Origin: Saccharicrinis sp.
GTDB lineage: Bacteria; Bacteroidota; Bacteroidia; Bacteroidales; Marinilabiliaceae
Assembly (NCBI GenBank): GCA_024635585.1
Contig: JAGXIP010000009.1
Location: 3,179 to 67,178, forward strand
DNA length: 64,000 nt
Direction of reading: 5' to 3'
Both the position numbers and the translations under genes were made by a program. Shown in pieces: positions 41,971 through 53,400 of the stretch (its first letter is position 1; each line of letters starts with the position of its first letter). The notes below the pieces were generated by a model. That model was not told where the DNA came from. It worked only from the letters and a program-made list of their open reading frames with translations, and ran no database searches.

Positions 41971-44900
41971 TTAAAATGTAAGTCGTACACCGCCTAGTAC
42001 AGTGCGACCCACAGGATACACATACCTGTCAACACCAAGTTCGAGGTTGGTTGAACCGGCGGTTCCCAATTCAGGATCCAATCCTTCGTAATTGGTAAAT
42101 GTGAAAAGGTTTTCACCTGTTACGTATATCTTTAAAGCTGCTCCCTGACTAATAGCATTCATCCATCGCGAAGGCAGGTTGTAACCCAAGGTGATGTTCT
42201 TTATCCGCATATACGATCCATCAGACAACCACCAATCCGACAAACTATGGTTGTTGTTACGACTCAGGTGATTTAGTATGGGTTCAGAATTGGTACTGCC
42301 TTCACCATTCCAAGCTGTCTTATCGATACCTGCAATCTGGTTGAAGCCGGCATTATACCCTTTATAGTTATAAAACTTCTGGTACATAAAAATCTCATTA
42401 CCATATTGTCCTTGTAAAAAGACATCTAGGTCAAAGCCTTTGTATTTGGCACTAAAATTAAAACCATAGGAAAATTTTGGGTGAGGTGTACCTATTGTGG
42501 TCCTATCATCGTCGTTAATTTTTCCATCAGGAATGGGATTGCCATCCTCATCAAAAGCGCCGGCAAGGTCAGCATAAATAAAGTCCCCAGGCTTGGCAAA
42601 GCGTTGGATAAGATTACCATCTGCATTCACATAATTATCAACTTCTTCCTGGGTTTGAAATACACCCATGGTTTTATATCCGTAGTATTCAGCTATAGGT
42701 TGACCCACAAAGGTGTTACTGATACTACCCCCTATCCGGCCGCTTGATTCTGAGACCAAATTATCAACGCCTTGACCAAGACTCAATACCTTGTTTTTCA
42801 CAAAAGATATGTTACCGCCAAAACTATATTTGAAATCACCGTCAAAATCTCTATATCGTCCGGTTAATTCAATACCCTTATTCTCTATTTCTCCAGCATT
42901 AGCCCAAAAATCATTGGTCCCGGAAGATAACGCTTGTGGCAGTACCAAAAGGTTGTCAATGGTGGTACGCTTAAAATAATCGAAAGTAAATTCTACTTTG
43001 TTACGTAGAAAAGTCATATCTGTACCAAAGTTGGTTGTTTCCTGAGTTTCCCATCGCACCAAAGGATTTGCATTATTGGCGGGTAAGTATCCAGTCTGGA
43101 ATACCTCATCACGGCCAAAAGCATAGCGGGTATCCGGGCGCTGTAATATGGAAAACACATACGCATTATTTGGAATACTTTGGTTTCCAATCTGTCCCCA
43201 ACTAGCCCTGAACTTGACTGAATTAACCCAAGACAAATCTAGTGACTTAAAGAAATTCTCCTCGTGCAAGTTCCAGCCTGCAGATACAGAAGGGAAAACT
43301 CCCCATCGATTATCATTGGAAGCAGAAAATCTTGACGTTCCATCTCTACGTACATTAGCAGTTATCATATATTTATTATCGTAGGAGTAGAATGCACGTC
43401 CCAAATACGACATCAAAGCGTGCTCGCGTGCTCCGCCATATACTTCTCTGGCTCCTGTGGTAGAATTAATATACCAAAAAGCTTTATTGTCACTTGGTGT
43501 TTCACGTCCTATAGCATCCAGATTCTCAAATCGGAAATGCTCACGGGTAAAACCGGCCATTAACGAAAAGGAATGTTTACCTAATGATTGGGTGAAAGTG
43601 GCCGTATTGGAATTGACCCAATTGGTATTTAAATCATAATTCCTGTAAACAGCGGATTGGTCATTTCTTTCTGTGGCATTGGAATAATATTCCTGAGAAA
43701 AGTTGTAAAAATCATCCGTAATTACATTTATTCCAAATTCACTTCTAAGCACCAAACGTTCATCTAAAAACTCACCCTGTAGAAAAACATTTCCAAACAA
43801 AGACCGGGTTTTAGTATAGGCATTATCCTGCTCTAAAGCCCGAGCAATATTATAGTTTGAAGTGGACTCAACTGCGCTATATTGATTATATACTTTTGAA
43901 ATATCATATCCGGCAGCAGCAGTATTGGCAAGTTCATCCTCGGTTTGCCATTTATCCTCCAAAGGAGATATCTGATAAGCCAAAGCTATCGCACCACCTT
44001 CTGCGTTATTCTCATTAATACCTCGTCGTTCTGATTGCGAATAACGCACACTGCTTCCAAACTGAAAATAGTTTAAAAAACGGTAGTCTGTATTAACGCT
44101 GAAATTGATTCGGTTGTAATCGCTACTTTTTATATATCCCTTTTGGTCAAAATAACCCAAACTTGTAGCATACTTAAAATCTTCGGTACCTCCGGCCATC
44201 GAAAAATCATAGTTCTCGATAGAACCTCCCTCGCTTCTCAAAATCTCATCCCACCAGTTGGTGCCTTTACCCCACTCACCCTCTTCTTTCGCAAGAAAGG
44301 CTGCCGGCACAGGACGCCCGGCATTGGCATAAGTTAATTTAGCCAAACGAACGTACTCTTCTGCATCGGCCAAATCAGGTGAATTCACAGGATTTGTAAC
44401 ACCTTTGTATGCATTAAATGTAATGACAGGTTTACCCGCTTTACCTCGATTGGTTGTAACGATAACCACACCGTTAGATCCTCTGGATCCGTAAATAGCA
44501 GCTGAAGCAGCATCTTTCAAAATATCAATCCGATCAATGTCCGAAGCATTTACTACATTCTCTAACTTCACATTATCGGCTAGAGGAACACCGTCCACAA
44601 CAAATAAAGGCTCATTACCACTGTAAATAGACCCCATACCGCGGATACGGATACTTGTACCAGACCCGGGAGCACCACCATTGGCATTAATTTGCACTCC
44701 GGCAACTCGACCCTGTAAAGCGCGATCAACTCCAGGGGCAGGAACATTCTGAAAATCCTCGGCATTGATAGCAGCAACGGAGCCGGTCAGGTCACTTTTC
44801 TTTTGCGTACCATAGCCCACAACTATCAATTCATCCAAACTTACAGAACTTGGACGTAGACTAATATTGTGAATAAGGGTTGTACCTACCTGTTCCTCCT

Positions 44901-45135
44901 TGGAATCATAACCTATAAATGAAAACACCATAATATCTTCAGGAGAAGCATTAAAGCTATAGTTACCGTCAAAATCGGTTATGGTTCCTGTGGTTGTACC
45001 TTTAATAACCACATTAACCCCAGGTATTCCTTCATCGGTTTCCGCATCTATTACCTTCCCTGTTATTACCTGCTGGGAGTAAACCATCGTTATTCCCAAA
45101 AGCATAAATAATAATGTTAGAATTCTTTTTTTCAT
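41971..45135 (-). CDS. susC: SusC-type TonB-dependent transporter
   Basis: CarboxypepD N-domain, VVGYGTQKK, ILKDAASAAIYGSRGSNGV, YPVGRT C-terminus. Confidence 0.96.
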   Translation of the reverse strand: MKKRILTLLFMLLGITMVYSQQVITGKVIDAETDEGIPGVNVVIKGTTTGTITDFDGNYSFNASPEDIMVFSFIGYDSKEEQVGTTLIHNISLRPSSVSLDELIVVGYGTQKKSDLTGSVAAINAEDFQNVPAPGVDRALQGRVAGVQINANGGAPGSGTSIRIRGMGSIYSGNEPLFVVDGVPLADNVKLENVVNASDIDRIDILKDAASAAIYGSRGSNGVVIVTTNRGKAGKPVITFNAYKGVTNPVNSPDLADAEEYVRLAKLTYANAGRPVPAAFLAKEEGEWGKGTNWWDEILRSEGGSIENYDFSMAGGTEDFKYATSLGYFDQKGYIKSSDYNRINFSVNTDYRFLNYFQFGSSVRYSQSERRGINENNAEGGAIALAYQISPLEDKWQTEDELANTAAAGYDISKVYNQYSAVESTSNYNIARALEQDNAYTKTRSLFGNVFLQGEFLDERLVLRSEFGINVITDDFYNFSQEYYSNATERNDQSAVYRNYDLNTNWVNSNTATFTQSLGKHSFSLMAGFTREHFRFENLDAIGRETPSDNKAFWYINSTTGAREVYGGAREHALMSYLGRAFYSYDNKYMITANVRRDGTSRFSASNDNRWGVFPSVSAGWNLHEENFFKSLDLSWVNSVKFRASWGQIGNQSIPNNAYVFSILQRPDTRYAFGRDEVFQTGYLPANNANPLVRWETQETTNFGTDMTFLRNKVEFTFDYFKRTTIDNLLVLPQALSSGTNDFWANAGEIENKGIELTGRYRDFDGDFKYSFGGNISFVKNKVLSLGQGVDNLVSESSGRIGGSISNTFVGQPIAEYYGYKTMGVFQTQEEVDNYVNADGNLIQRFAKPGDFIYADLAGAFDEDGNPIPDGKINDDDRTTIGTPHPKFSYGFNFSAKYKGFDLDVFLQGQYGNEIFMYQKFYNYKGYNAGFNQIAGIDKTAWNGEGSTNSEPILNHLSRNNNHSLSDWWLSDGSYMRIKNITLGYNLPSRWMNAISQGAALKIYVTGENLFTFTNYEGLDPELGTAGSTNLELGVDRYVYPVGRTVLGGVRLTF

Positions 45136-45436
45136 AAAATGATATGTTTAAATAGTAAAAATTTAAAATGCTTTTGATAATGAATTTATCCCACTTACTT
45201 TTTTTGGAATAATCATTACTGTAAAATTATGCATCATCCTGCATTTTAACCCATGCCTAATAATTCATTGTAACAGGGTTAATCGTCCTACGCCACCTTT
45301 TAATCGGTCAATATAACCTGACAAACTGGTCAAACGCAGTAAAAGCTCACATTTGTTAACTTTTTTTACCTTAACTAAAGTCAAAATTTTTAAATTTAAT
45401 ATTAGTCTTTCAGTTGCAATCAAAACAAAATGAATC

Positions 45437-46504
45437 CTATTTAATATCCGAATTTTCAGAAAATGAATGAAAATTTTCATACAACTTTACAGCATTTACT
45501 TTAAGTATAGAAGTGTATCCTTCTATTGCTAAACGAGCCATATTATTTCCCATGTAATTAGCTACCGCGTTGTCGTCAAATAAATCTTCATGATTCTTAA
45601 TACGTGAATCGGGATGTAAAATTCTATTTTTTAATGATTTGAAAAGCTCCCTATATCCGCCAAAATTCCACGACATATTGCCGTATGGAGCGTCACTTGC
45701 ACACATGAGATTCTGAATGAAGGGCATTCCTTTTAGTTGATAGGATATTAAATCGCTTTCGATGTGTGTATCCCGCTTGGCGCTTAAAACATATTTCAGA
45801 TTAGGATATTTCAAACCTAAAACTCTAGCTTTGATATAAGTCTCATCCGCCTCAATATAGGAAGCACCTCCGCCACCCATGTGAATAGCGATAACCGGTC
45901 GCTCCTTGGCAAAGGCCACTACTTTTTCTAAACCCTCAACTGGTGTATATGGCGTATCAGCTCCAAAATGAAAGGCAGGGATGGCTCCATAAGAGTAGAT
46001 TTCCTCAACAACTCTAAAAACTACATCACTATCAATCATAAACTGGTTCTGAGCCGGATTTATCTTGATAATAGGAAAGCCAAAATCCTGCACACAGATC
46101 TTAATCAATTGACTTGTCAGCTCCATATCTGTTGCTTTAGGATCAACCCATCCCCCGGGAATAAACCGATTGGGATAATTGCTTACCGCTTTATAAATAT
46201 ATTCGTTGGCCTTTAGTAGTGACTGAAAATTAAAACCTTTGGAATCAGTGTAACTTGTAACTGAAGGGTTTTGCCAAACAAGACACATATCCACACCAGC
46301 CATTTCCATATTAGCCAGTGCCATATCAATATTGATGGGTTTACCCTGATAATAGTTGTTGGATAAGGCTCTGGCTTTTAAACTTTCGTCAGTGATGGCT
46401 TCAATATCTGAAAGATGCACATCACTATCAATCACTAAGTTGCCATGTTTAGGTTTCAAGTAGTTCAACCGATTCAATATTTCATTAACCAGATCTGTCT
46501 TCAT
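45437..46504 (-). CDS. Amidohydrolase_2-family metal-dependent hydrolase
   Basis: IDSDVH metal motif, FHFG, IHMGGG, ASDAPY. Confidence 0.75.
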   Translation of the reverse strand: MKTDLVNEILNRLNYLKPKHGNLVIDSDVHLSDIEAITDESLKARALSNNYYQGKPINIDMALANMEMAGVDMCLVWQNPSVTSYTDSKGFNFQSLLKANEYIYKAVSNYPNRFIPGGWVDPKATDMELTSQLIKICVQDFGFPIIKINPAQNQFMIDSDVVFRVVEEIYSYGAIPAFHFGADTPYTPVEGLEKVVAFAKERPVIAIHMGGGGASYIEADETYIKARVLGLKYPNLKYVLSAKRDTHIESDLISYQLKGMPFIQNLMCASDAPYGNMSWNFGGYRELFKSLKNRILHPDSRIKNHEDLFDDNAVANYMGNNMARLAIEGYTSILKVNAVKLYENFHSFSENSDIK

Positions 46505-46593
46505 TCGTTTATAATTAATAATTTTTATTAAACAATTTTAAACAAACAAAAGGTGATATGTAACGTTTTTTCTCTATTTTTAACTAGATTTCA

Positions 46594-46610
46594 CCGGGAG
46601 CGATACCGAA
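46594..46610. promoter_or_regulatory. Candidate LacI operator between amidohydrolase and lacI
   Basis: CCGGGAGCGATACCGAA resembles 3071-3087; perfect palindrome TACCATATGGTA at 46639-46650 nearby. Confidence 0.45.
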
Positions 46611-46710
46611 AACATCCCACACAAATAAACGATGCGGGTACCATATGGTATTTAAATTACATCACTAGTAATAAGCACATTACACAGCTACTTCACAAAC
46701 TTAATTCTTT

Positions 46711-47733
46711 ATGAAACCCAGGAAAATTACCATTAACGATATTGCCAAGGAACTAAATATCTCAAAATCTACAGTTTCGCGGGCTATAAGAAATCATTCG
46801 GAAATAAATTCAGAAACCAAAAAAAGAATTTTGGACTACATAAAAAATATAGGGTTTGAACCAGATGCTTTAGCCAGAAGTTTAAGAAGTGGACTAACCC
46901 AAACTATTGGCGTAGTTATACCGGCATATCATATTCCTTTTTACTCCATTGCGATTTCTGGCATACAAGATTATGCATTTGAGCAAGGCTATCAAATTAT
47001 GATATGCCACTCAAACAATAAAATAGAAATCGAAAAAAACAATATTAAAGCACTTTTAAACTCTAAAGTAGATGGTTTAATCATTTCGGTGGCCGAGGAT
47101 AGCAATACCAACCAACACATCAGAACTTTAAAATCTATAGGACTACCTTTGGTAATGTTTAACAGGGTAATTGAAGATATAAAAGCATCAAAGGTGGTTG
47201 TGAATGATTATTATGGCGCATACGATATGACCGAATTCCTTTTAAAGGGTCGTAAACGAAAAATAATTTACTTTAGTGGACCATCTAATCTTCTGTTATC
47301 CGCAAACCGAAAAATGGGATTTGTTGATGCCATTCATAAAAACAAGATTGACGATGGCAATTGGGAAGTAATAGAGGGTGATTTTTCGGGAAAAACAAGC
47401 TATCTGACAATGAAGGAAATTCTTAATAAAGAGAATGAAATAGATACTGTTTTTTGTGTATGCGACGAGGTGGCCTTTGGTGTAATGAAAGCAATTAAAG
47501 AGAGAAATTTAAAGATCCCCGGAGATATAGCGGTTGCAGGGTTTACGAACGAACCTGCATCCGATTTGGTGGAACCCTCGCTAACAACCGTTGATCAACC
47601 TATATACGAGATTGGACGAACTGCAGCCAAACTATTATTTAACCAAATAAACAATGACAACCTGCCGGCCGAATTAGCTGTTTTAGACACCAAACTAATT
47701 ATTCGTAATTCAACGAGATTAATAAATCCCTAA
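46711..47733 (+). CDS. LacI-family transcriptional regulator
   Basis: TINDIAKELNISKSTVSRA HTH; periplasmic-binding fold; PSLTTVDQP. Confidence 0.95.
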   Translation: MKPRKITINDIAKELNISKSTVSRAIRNHSEINSETKKRILDYIKNIGFEPDALARSLRSGLTQTIGVVIPAYHIPFYSIAISGIQDYAFEQGYQIMICHSNNKIEIEKNNIKALLNSKVDGLIISVAEDSNTNQHIRTLKSIGLPLVMFNRVIEDIKASKVVVNDYYGAYDMTEFLLKGRKRKIIYFSGPSNLLLSANRKMGFVDAIHKNKIDDGNWEVIEGDFSGKTSYLTMKEILNKENEIDTVFCVCDEVAFGVMKAIKERNLKIPGDIAVAGFTNEPASDLVEPSLTTVDQPIYEIGRTAAKLLFNQINNDNLPAELAVLDTKLIIRNSTRLINP

Positions 47734-47771
47734 ATATCTTTGCTTGGTTATCCATAATTTAGCATTAGCCC

Positions 47772-48233
47772 GTTAACAATAACCCGAAAAAAAATGGAGG
47801 ATACAAATTTGTAGATTTTAAGTGGTATGCGGATGGTAAAATGATAAGTAACAAACCGTCCTATTCTGCAGGAAACTCATCAACAGACCTCCTCAATGAA
47901 AATACTGAATATATGATAACTCTGGAAGATGAAACCGGGGAGAAATACCATACTTGCCCAACTAAATTAACCTTGGAGAAATTAAGTCAGTATATGATAT
48001 ATCCAAATTTTGTACAAGTTGGAGAAACGATTAACGTTGAAACCATTTTTAATAACAGTCAAAATACAGAAAAAACAAAGCTTGATGTCAGCAATATGAA
48101 TGGAAGCATTGTTTACTGTCAAAACATTGAAGGAAGCACATCGAGTTTTGAAATGGAGGATCCTGGCTTTTATGTCGTCCAATTGTCCTCAGGCAAAAAC
48201 GTTCGTGTAGCAAAGTTGTTAGTTAAAGAATAA
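47772..48233 (+). pseudogene. 3' remnant of a large T9SS-secreted protein
   Basis: Frame open upstream of ATG 47841: VNNNPKKNGGYKFVDFKWYADGK; IYPN...GFYVVQL CTD; TAG at 47766; no signal peptide. Confidence 0.7.
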
Positions 48234-48306
48234 GTTACAAACCCACATTGTCCAAATATTATCTATTCCGATGCGTAACTATCGATAAAACACAGGCGTC
48301 CTCGTT

Positions 48307-48348
48307 AAATTTGATTTGATAATAGTGAACAATTATCAAATCAAATTT
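48307..48348. terminator. Perfect 17-bp inverted repeat
   Basis: AAATTTGATTTGATAAT / ATTATCAAATCAAATTT, 8-nt loop. Confidence 0.6.
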
Positions 48349-48665
48349 GTCTGGGATACCCACAAAATAGTTGTTTTTCCGTACGATACTTTATGATTAT
48401 TGCCATCATGCTTCCCACTACTAATCAAGATAAGAGAAGAACAAAGCACCTGAACGTAATACTACCGTGGAGTAACATACTATTCTCAAACTGCACATTG
48501 GAACTTGCATCATTATTTGTGGTAAGCGAAATTATCAAAATGAACATGTACATTGCATGATCTTAATCCAAATGATACGTTGTATTCAGAGAATAAGAAA
48601 CAATGGCTGAGGCTAGATGGGTCCAGTTATAATTTTGTTTTCCCAAAATAACAGATGACTTTTCA

Positions 48666-49062
48666 ATACCCACAAAATAACCTTGACCCGTTTTGCAGGG
48701 TTTGCTACGTAACTTTCTGAAATTAAGCCGAATCATTTTCGAAAATTTCCACTGATAGGACTACGGATTTTTTTCTGTAAAAGGGGACATTTTCAGAACC
48801 CTTCAGGTCATATATTTCTTTTGTTTTAGATGTGCACTCGGTACACTCACGAACCGACAATACCTGATCGTTGATCTTGATTGTATTCGTTGTCACCCAC
48901 TTTTGCGTGTTCATTATCCTTCGGATCTCTCTCCAATCCAAGCAGTAGCCTTTTTGTGCTCACAAATATACTGGATTCGTTAAGTTTGAAGCTATTTTTT
49001 TTATCATTCCGATTATATCCTGACAATCGTTGAGGTTTATATATAAAGATATTGGGTAACAT
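48666..49062 (-). mobile_element. Decayed transposase remnant, probably IS1634-like
   Basis: Two frameshifted ORFs; WREIRRIMNTQK.VT...PFYRKKSVV resembles the C-terminus of Bacteroidota IS1634-type transposases (from memory). Confidence 0.6.
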
Positions 49063-49241
49063 GTTACTGACCTCGACATTTGGCTTTATGATTTAGTGCA
49101 TATAATGGCCAAAAACCTTAATAGTTTAGTCATTACGATGTCCTATTATTTTTATTTCTGGATAAATGCTCTATCAAAATAAACAAACCCTTTCCGATTT
49201 AAGTTTTGTGTTTCCCCCTCAATTTTTACCTCAACAACTCA

Positions 49242-50429
49242 TCACTCCACCATAATATGATACACTCCGTTGATAAGGACTTTCTCATTTTCTAGTTCTT
49301 CTCCTTGCAACTCCGTGTAAGCAGCATTTTCACGTCCGGTGTTTACTTTTGTTTTCTGATAAAAATAAGCCACTTCCGTTTCCTTTTGAAGCACCAAAAC
49401 AAAATGTGCATTTTCTGCCTTTAATATAGCCGAGGTGGGCACAGCAAAGGATGTATCGGACGACAAAATAATATCACCCTCCACAAATTGATGACTCACT
49501 AGATTACTTTTATCCTGTATTTGAGCATAGCAAATCACAGCTTTGGTTGCAGGATCGACAGACTTACCGATGCTGCTTATCGTTGCTTGCAATTTATCTT
49601 CTTCCTTGTTACCCAGATAGAACTCTACCATCTGGCCTGTAGCTATTTTATTGATATCGCGGCCAAACACCGGGATTGATAGGCGAAAGGACGACGCATC
49701 GATAATTTCGCTAAGCACTGAAAGGGGCTCCACAAATTGACCTACTGAAGCATCTATCTGAGAAACGTACCCTGCAATGGGAGCCTTGAGGGTGTAAGCA
49801 TCAGAGAAAGCACCATCAGCAATTTTAGCCGTATTTAAGCCTGCACTTTCGAGCTTCATTTTTAATGCATTGCTTTTAGCTAGTTCTACTTTATACGTAT
49901 TTTCGGATAGGGTAAAGTCCTTTTTTGCGCCAATATTTTCATCGTATAACGTTTTTGCTCTTTCGTAATCCATTTTTAAGCGCTGCAGGTTCGCTGCCGA
50001 CTCGGCATAATCCTTTTGTAAATCGATAATAGCATGACCCGACACCGTGAGCAGCGTTGTTCCTTTTTGCACATTCTGTCCAGTTACGGCATGGATACTT
50101 TTTATTGTTCCAGCCACCGGTGCACTTATGATGGCTCTACCGTTGGGAGCAGGCACTACGCTTCCTGTAAAATGAAGTTTATCCGCAAAATCTATTTGTA
50201 TGGGCTGAGCCATCTCCATTTTTTCTGACTTAAATTGTGTCTTGCTAATTTCAATCAAGTCCGAAGTTGTTTCTTCTGTTGTTGCAGTGTCGTTTCCGCA
50301 AGATGCTATAAGTAGGCTTAGTGCCAGTACGGTTATATTTCTAGGGTATTTCATGGTTTTATTTAGATAATAGATTGTTAGACAATTAGACAGCAGATTA
50401 GTAACGAACAAATATCCATACTGCTTCAA
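49242..50429 (-). CDS. czcB: RND efflux periplasmic adaptor (CzcB/CusB-like); likely start 50354
   Basis: Lipobox IASC, biotinyl-lipoyl-like segments, VPTSAI. Confidence 0.88.
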   Translation of the reverse strand: MKQYGYLFVTNLLSNCLTIYYLNKTMKYPRNITVLALSLLIASCGNDTATTEETTSDLIEISKTQFKSEKMEMAQPIQIDFADKLHFTGSVVPAPNGRAIISAPVAGTIKSIHAVTGQNVQKGTTLLTVSGHAIIDLQKDYAESAANLQRLKMDYERAKTLYDENIGAKKDFTLSENTYKVELAKSNALKMKLESAGLNTAKIADGAFSDAYTLKAPIAGYVSQIDASVGQFVEPLSVLSEIIDASSFRLSIPVFGRDINKIATGQMVEFYLGNKEEDKLQATISSIGKSVDPATKAVICYAQIQDKSNLVSHQFVEGDIILSSDTSFAVPTSAILKAENAHFVLVLQKETEVAYFYQKTKVNTGRENAAYTELQGEELENEKVLINGVYHIMVE

Positions 50430-50441
50430 AGTTCCGCTGAT

Positions 50442-53400
50442 TCATTCGCTTACGTACATTAATTCGGTGGTGAACCGATTGTAATCGAATAGGTTATTTA
50501 AATAGTCGGTTTTTATTTTTACTGCACTTTCGTATCCATTGATAAACTGAAAAAAATCAATTTGCCCCATTTCGTAGGATTTAAGGGAAGCTCTCATCAT
50601 TTCTTCCTGCAAATCTTTTCCTATCTCGTCATAGTTTTGTAGCAGAGCCTTGTACTTTAAACGTTCGTTTTGGAGTTCGTTCAATCGGCTTTGGAGCATC
50701 TCGCTATAATATTCATTTTGTGCGATCATCGCATTATTCGATAATTTTGCCGCTTTTATTCGAGCTGAGTGACTGCCAAAAAACAAGGGCACGGCCACGC
50801 CAATTTCAAAACCATGATAGTTTTGGGCATCATCATAAGCGTTGCTTCCAATAAAGTAATTGACTGATAAATCAGGTAGTATCTTTTGTTTTTCCACTTC
50901 TACCAAGGCACGTGAGTAGTTATTTTGGTATTGATACAATTGCTCCATTTCAAAAGCTTTATCAGCTCCTTCGCTCACTTGTATTGGCATTAAATCTTCC
51001 TTAATCTCAAAGTCCTCTCCGGGATTCATCAGCGATTTTAACTTATCGTGTTCGTTTTTCATATCCATGAGGATGGCTTTTTGCATTGCCTCTATTTCGT
51101 TACGTTTGGATTTGATGTGTAGTGCTTCCAGTTTGCTTATATCTTCAAGATCCATGCGTTTTTGTGCATAGGCATCCAATCGTGTAAACAAGCTATCCAA
51201 ATCCTTATAAATATTTTGCTTACCCATAAGCATCTGATACTTATAGAAACTCTGCGAAACTGCTTTTCTCAATTCGTTCTTTTTAAGCTCCAGTTCGGTT
51301 TGAGCAATGGAAATATTTATTTTATGTGCTTTATTATTTTTAATGTACAGCGAAGGGAAGCTAAACTCTTGTCCGACCGCCCAAACTTTTAGAGGATGCC
51401 CGTTTTCCGCAATATTATTTTCGTCGGTACTGTAGGCTACGGTTGTTTTATCGGCATCGAACGATGTCTTTTTCAGTGCCTTGCTTTGCTCCACATTGAA
51501 ATCATACGCCGCTATCTGCTGATTGTTTTGAAGCGCCATTTCAATCATCTCGTTCAAATTTAATTGCTTTTGCTGTGCATTGAGTGCCAATGCGGGGGCA
51601 AGTAGCAAAAAGAGTAGCATGATGCTTTTGCTTCTTATCACCCTAAAGGGAAAAAGTTTAATGGCTTTTATATTGTAAAATAATTCGAACATAAGCGGCA
51701 AAGCTATCATAGTGAGCATGGTAGAGGTTATTAATCCTCCAATAACTACAGTGGCCAAGGGGCGTTGCACCTCAGCTCCTGCTCCGGATGAAATAGCCAT
51801 AGGAAGGAAACCCATGGCAGCCGCTCCTGCTGTGAGCATTACAGGGCGTAGCCTGTCTCTGCTCCCTTTAAGTATAAGTTCGCGCATGGTATATTTGCCT
51901 TCGTGCTGCAATTCTTTTAAATGCTCTATTAAAACAATACCGTTTAAAACTGCAATACCAAATAGTGCGATAAAACCCACACCCGCCGAAACGCTAAAAG
52001 GCATATCGCGCAGCCATAATAAAAGTACTCCTCCAACCGCCGAAAGGGGGATGGCCGAATAAATCATGATGGCATCCTTTAAGGAGCCAAAGGCAAAATG
52101 CAGAAATATAAATATGAGTAGCATGGCCACGGGAACGGCCAGCATCAATCGGTTTGTGGCATTTTGCAGGTTCTCGAACTGTCCGCCATACTCAATGTAG
52201 TTACCCGGTTGTAGCTGTACGTTGGCGTCAATCTTGGCTTGTATGTCGTGTATCACCGATTGCAAATCGCGGTTGCGTACATTCACGCTCACCACCACAC
52301 GCCTGTGGGTATTGTCGCGCGATATTTTTGCCGGTCCGGTGGTATATTCTATCTCACCCAATTCCGAAAAGGGAACCTGACCGCCATCGGGTAAAGGCAC
52401 CTGAAGCTCACTGATATTGGTAATGTCGGTACGATTTTGTTTGTTAAAGCGCATTACCATGTCGAAGCGTCGCTCGCCTTCAAAAACCACCCCACTAATT
52501 TCTCCGCCGAAAGCTGCCGCCATATAAGTATTTAACATATTTATATCTACTCCATAATATGCTATTTTGCTCCTGTTGTAGCTCACCTTTACCTGAGGCA
52601 GGCCAGTGGTTTTCTCCAGTATGATGTCGCTGGCTCCCTCCACATCTGCAATTACGTCTTTTATCTCCGAGGCCTTTTCGCTGATATAATCCAAATCTTC
52701 GCCAAAAATTTTTATGGCAATGTCCGAACGTACCCCTGTTATTAGTTCGTTAAAACGCATTTCAATAGGCTGTGTAAACTCATATTCGATACCCGGAATA
52801 ACTTCTAAAGCCTCCTTAAACCTTTCGGCCAACTGCTCTTTACTGTCGGCCTTTACCCAAGTATTTTTAGGATGTAGCTTGATGATCATGTCTATTTCCT
52901 CCATGCCCATAGGGTCGGTAGGTACTTCGGCGGCACCTATTCTACAAACGATCTGGTCCACTTCATCAGGAAAATTTTTTATAAGAATATTTTCCATTTG
53001 GGTAGTTGTTTCTACCGTTTTAGTTAAGGATGTTCCGGTTTTAAGGACGGGTTGGATTACAAAATCGCCCTCATCGAGTGTAGGTACAAATTCGCCGCCC
53101 ATGCTATAAAATAATCCTCCGGTTAGCAACAACATAAATACCGCCGAACCCAACACCCAGCTCTTATGTTTGCAAGCCAAGGAAATAACAGGATCATAGG
53201 AGCGTCGCACCCAGCCCATCAACTTATCCGAAAAATTGGGTTTATCATTAACCGACGGGCGTAAAAATAGTGACGAGGCCACCGGTAGCCAGGTAAGCCC
53301 CATAATCATGGCACCTATGATGGCAAACGAAAAAGCCAGCGCCATGGGTCGGAACATTTTTCCTTCGACCCCGGTAAGCGAGAGGATGGGAATAAAAACG

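Noticed and set aside
45265-45480. 71-aa ORF upstream of susC
   Set aside because: Overlaps the amidohydrolase end and the promoter region; no recognisable features.
48370-48660. Possible small gene between the CCCACA repeats
   Set aside because: Hand translation gave only short frames with no recognisable similarity.
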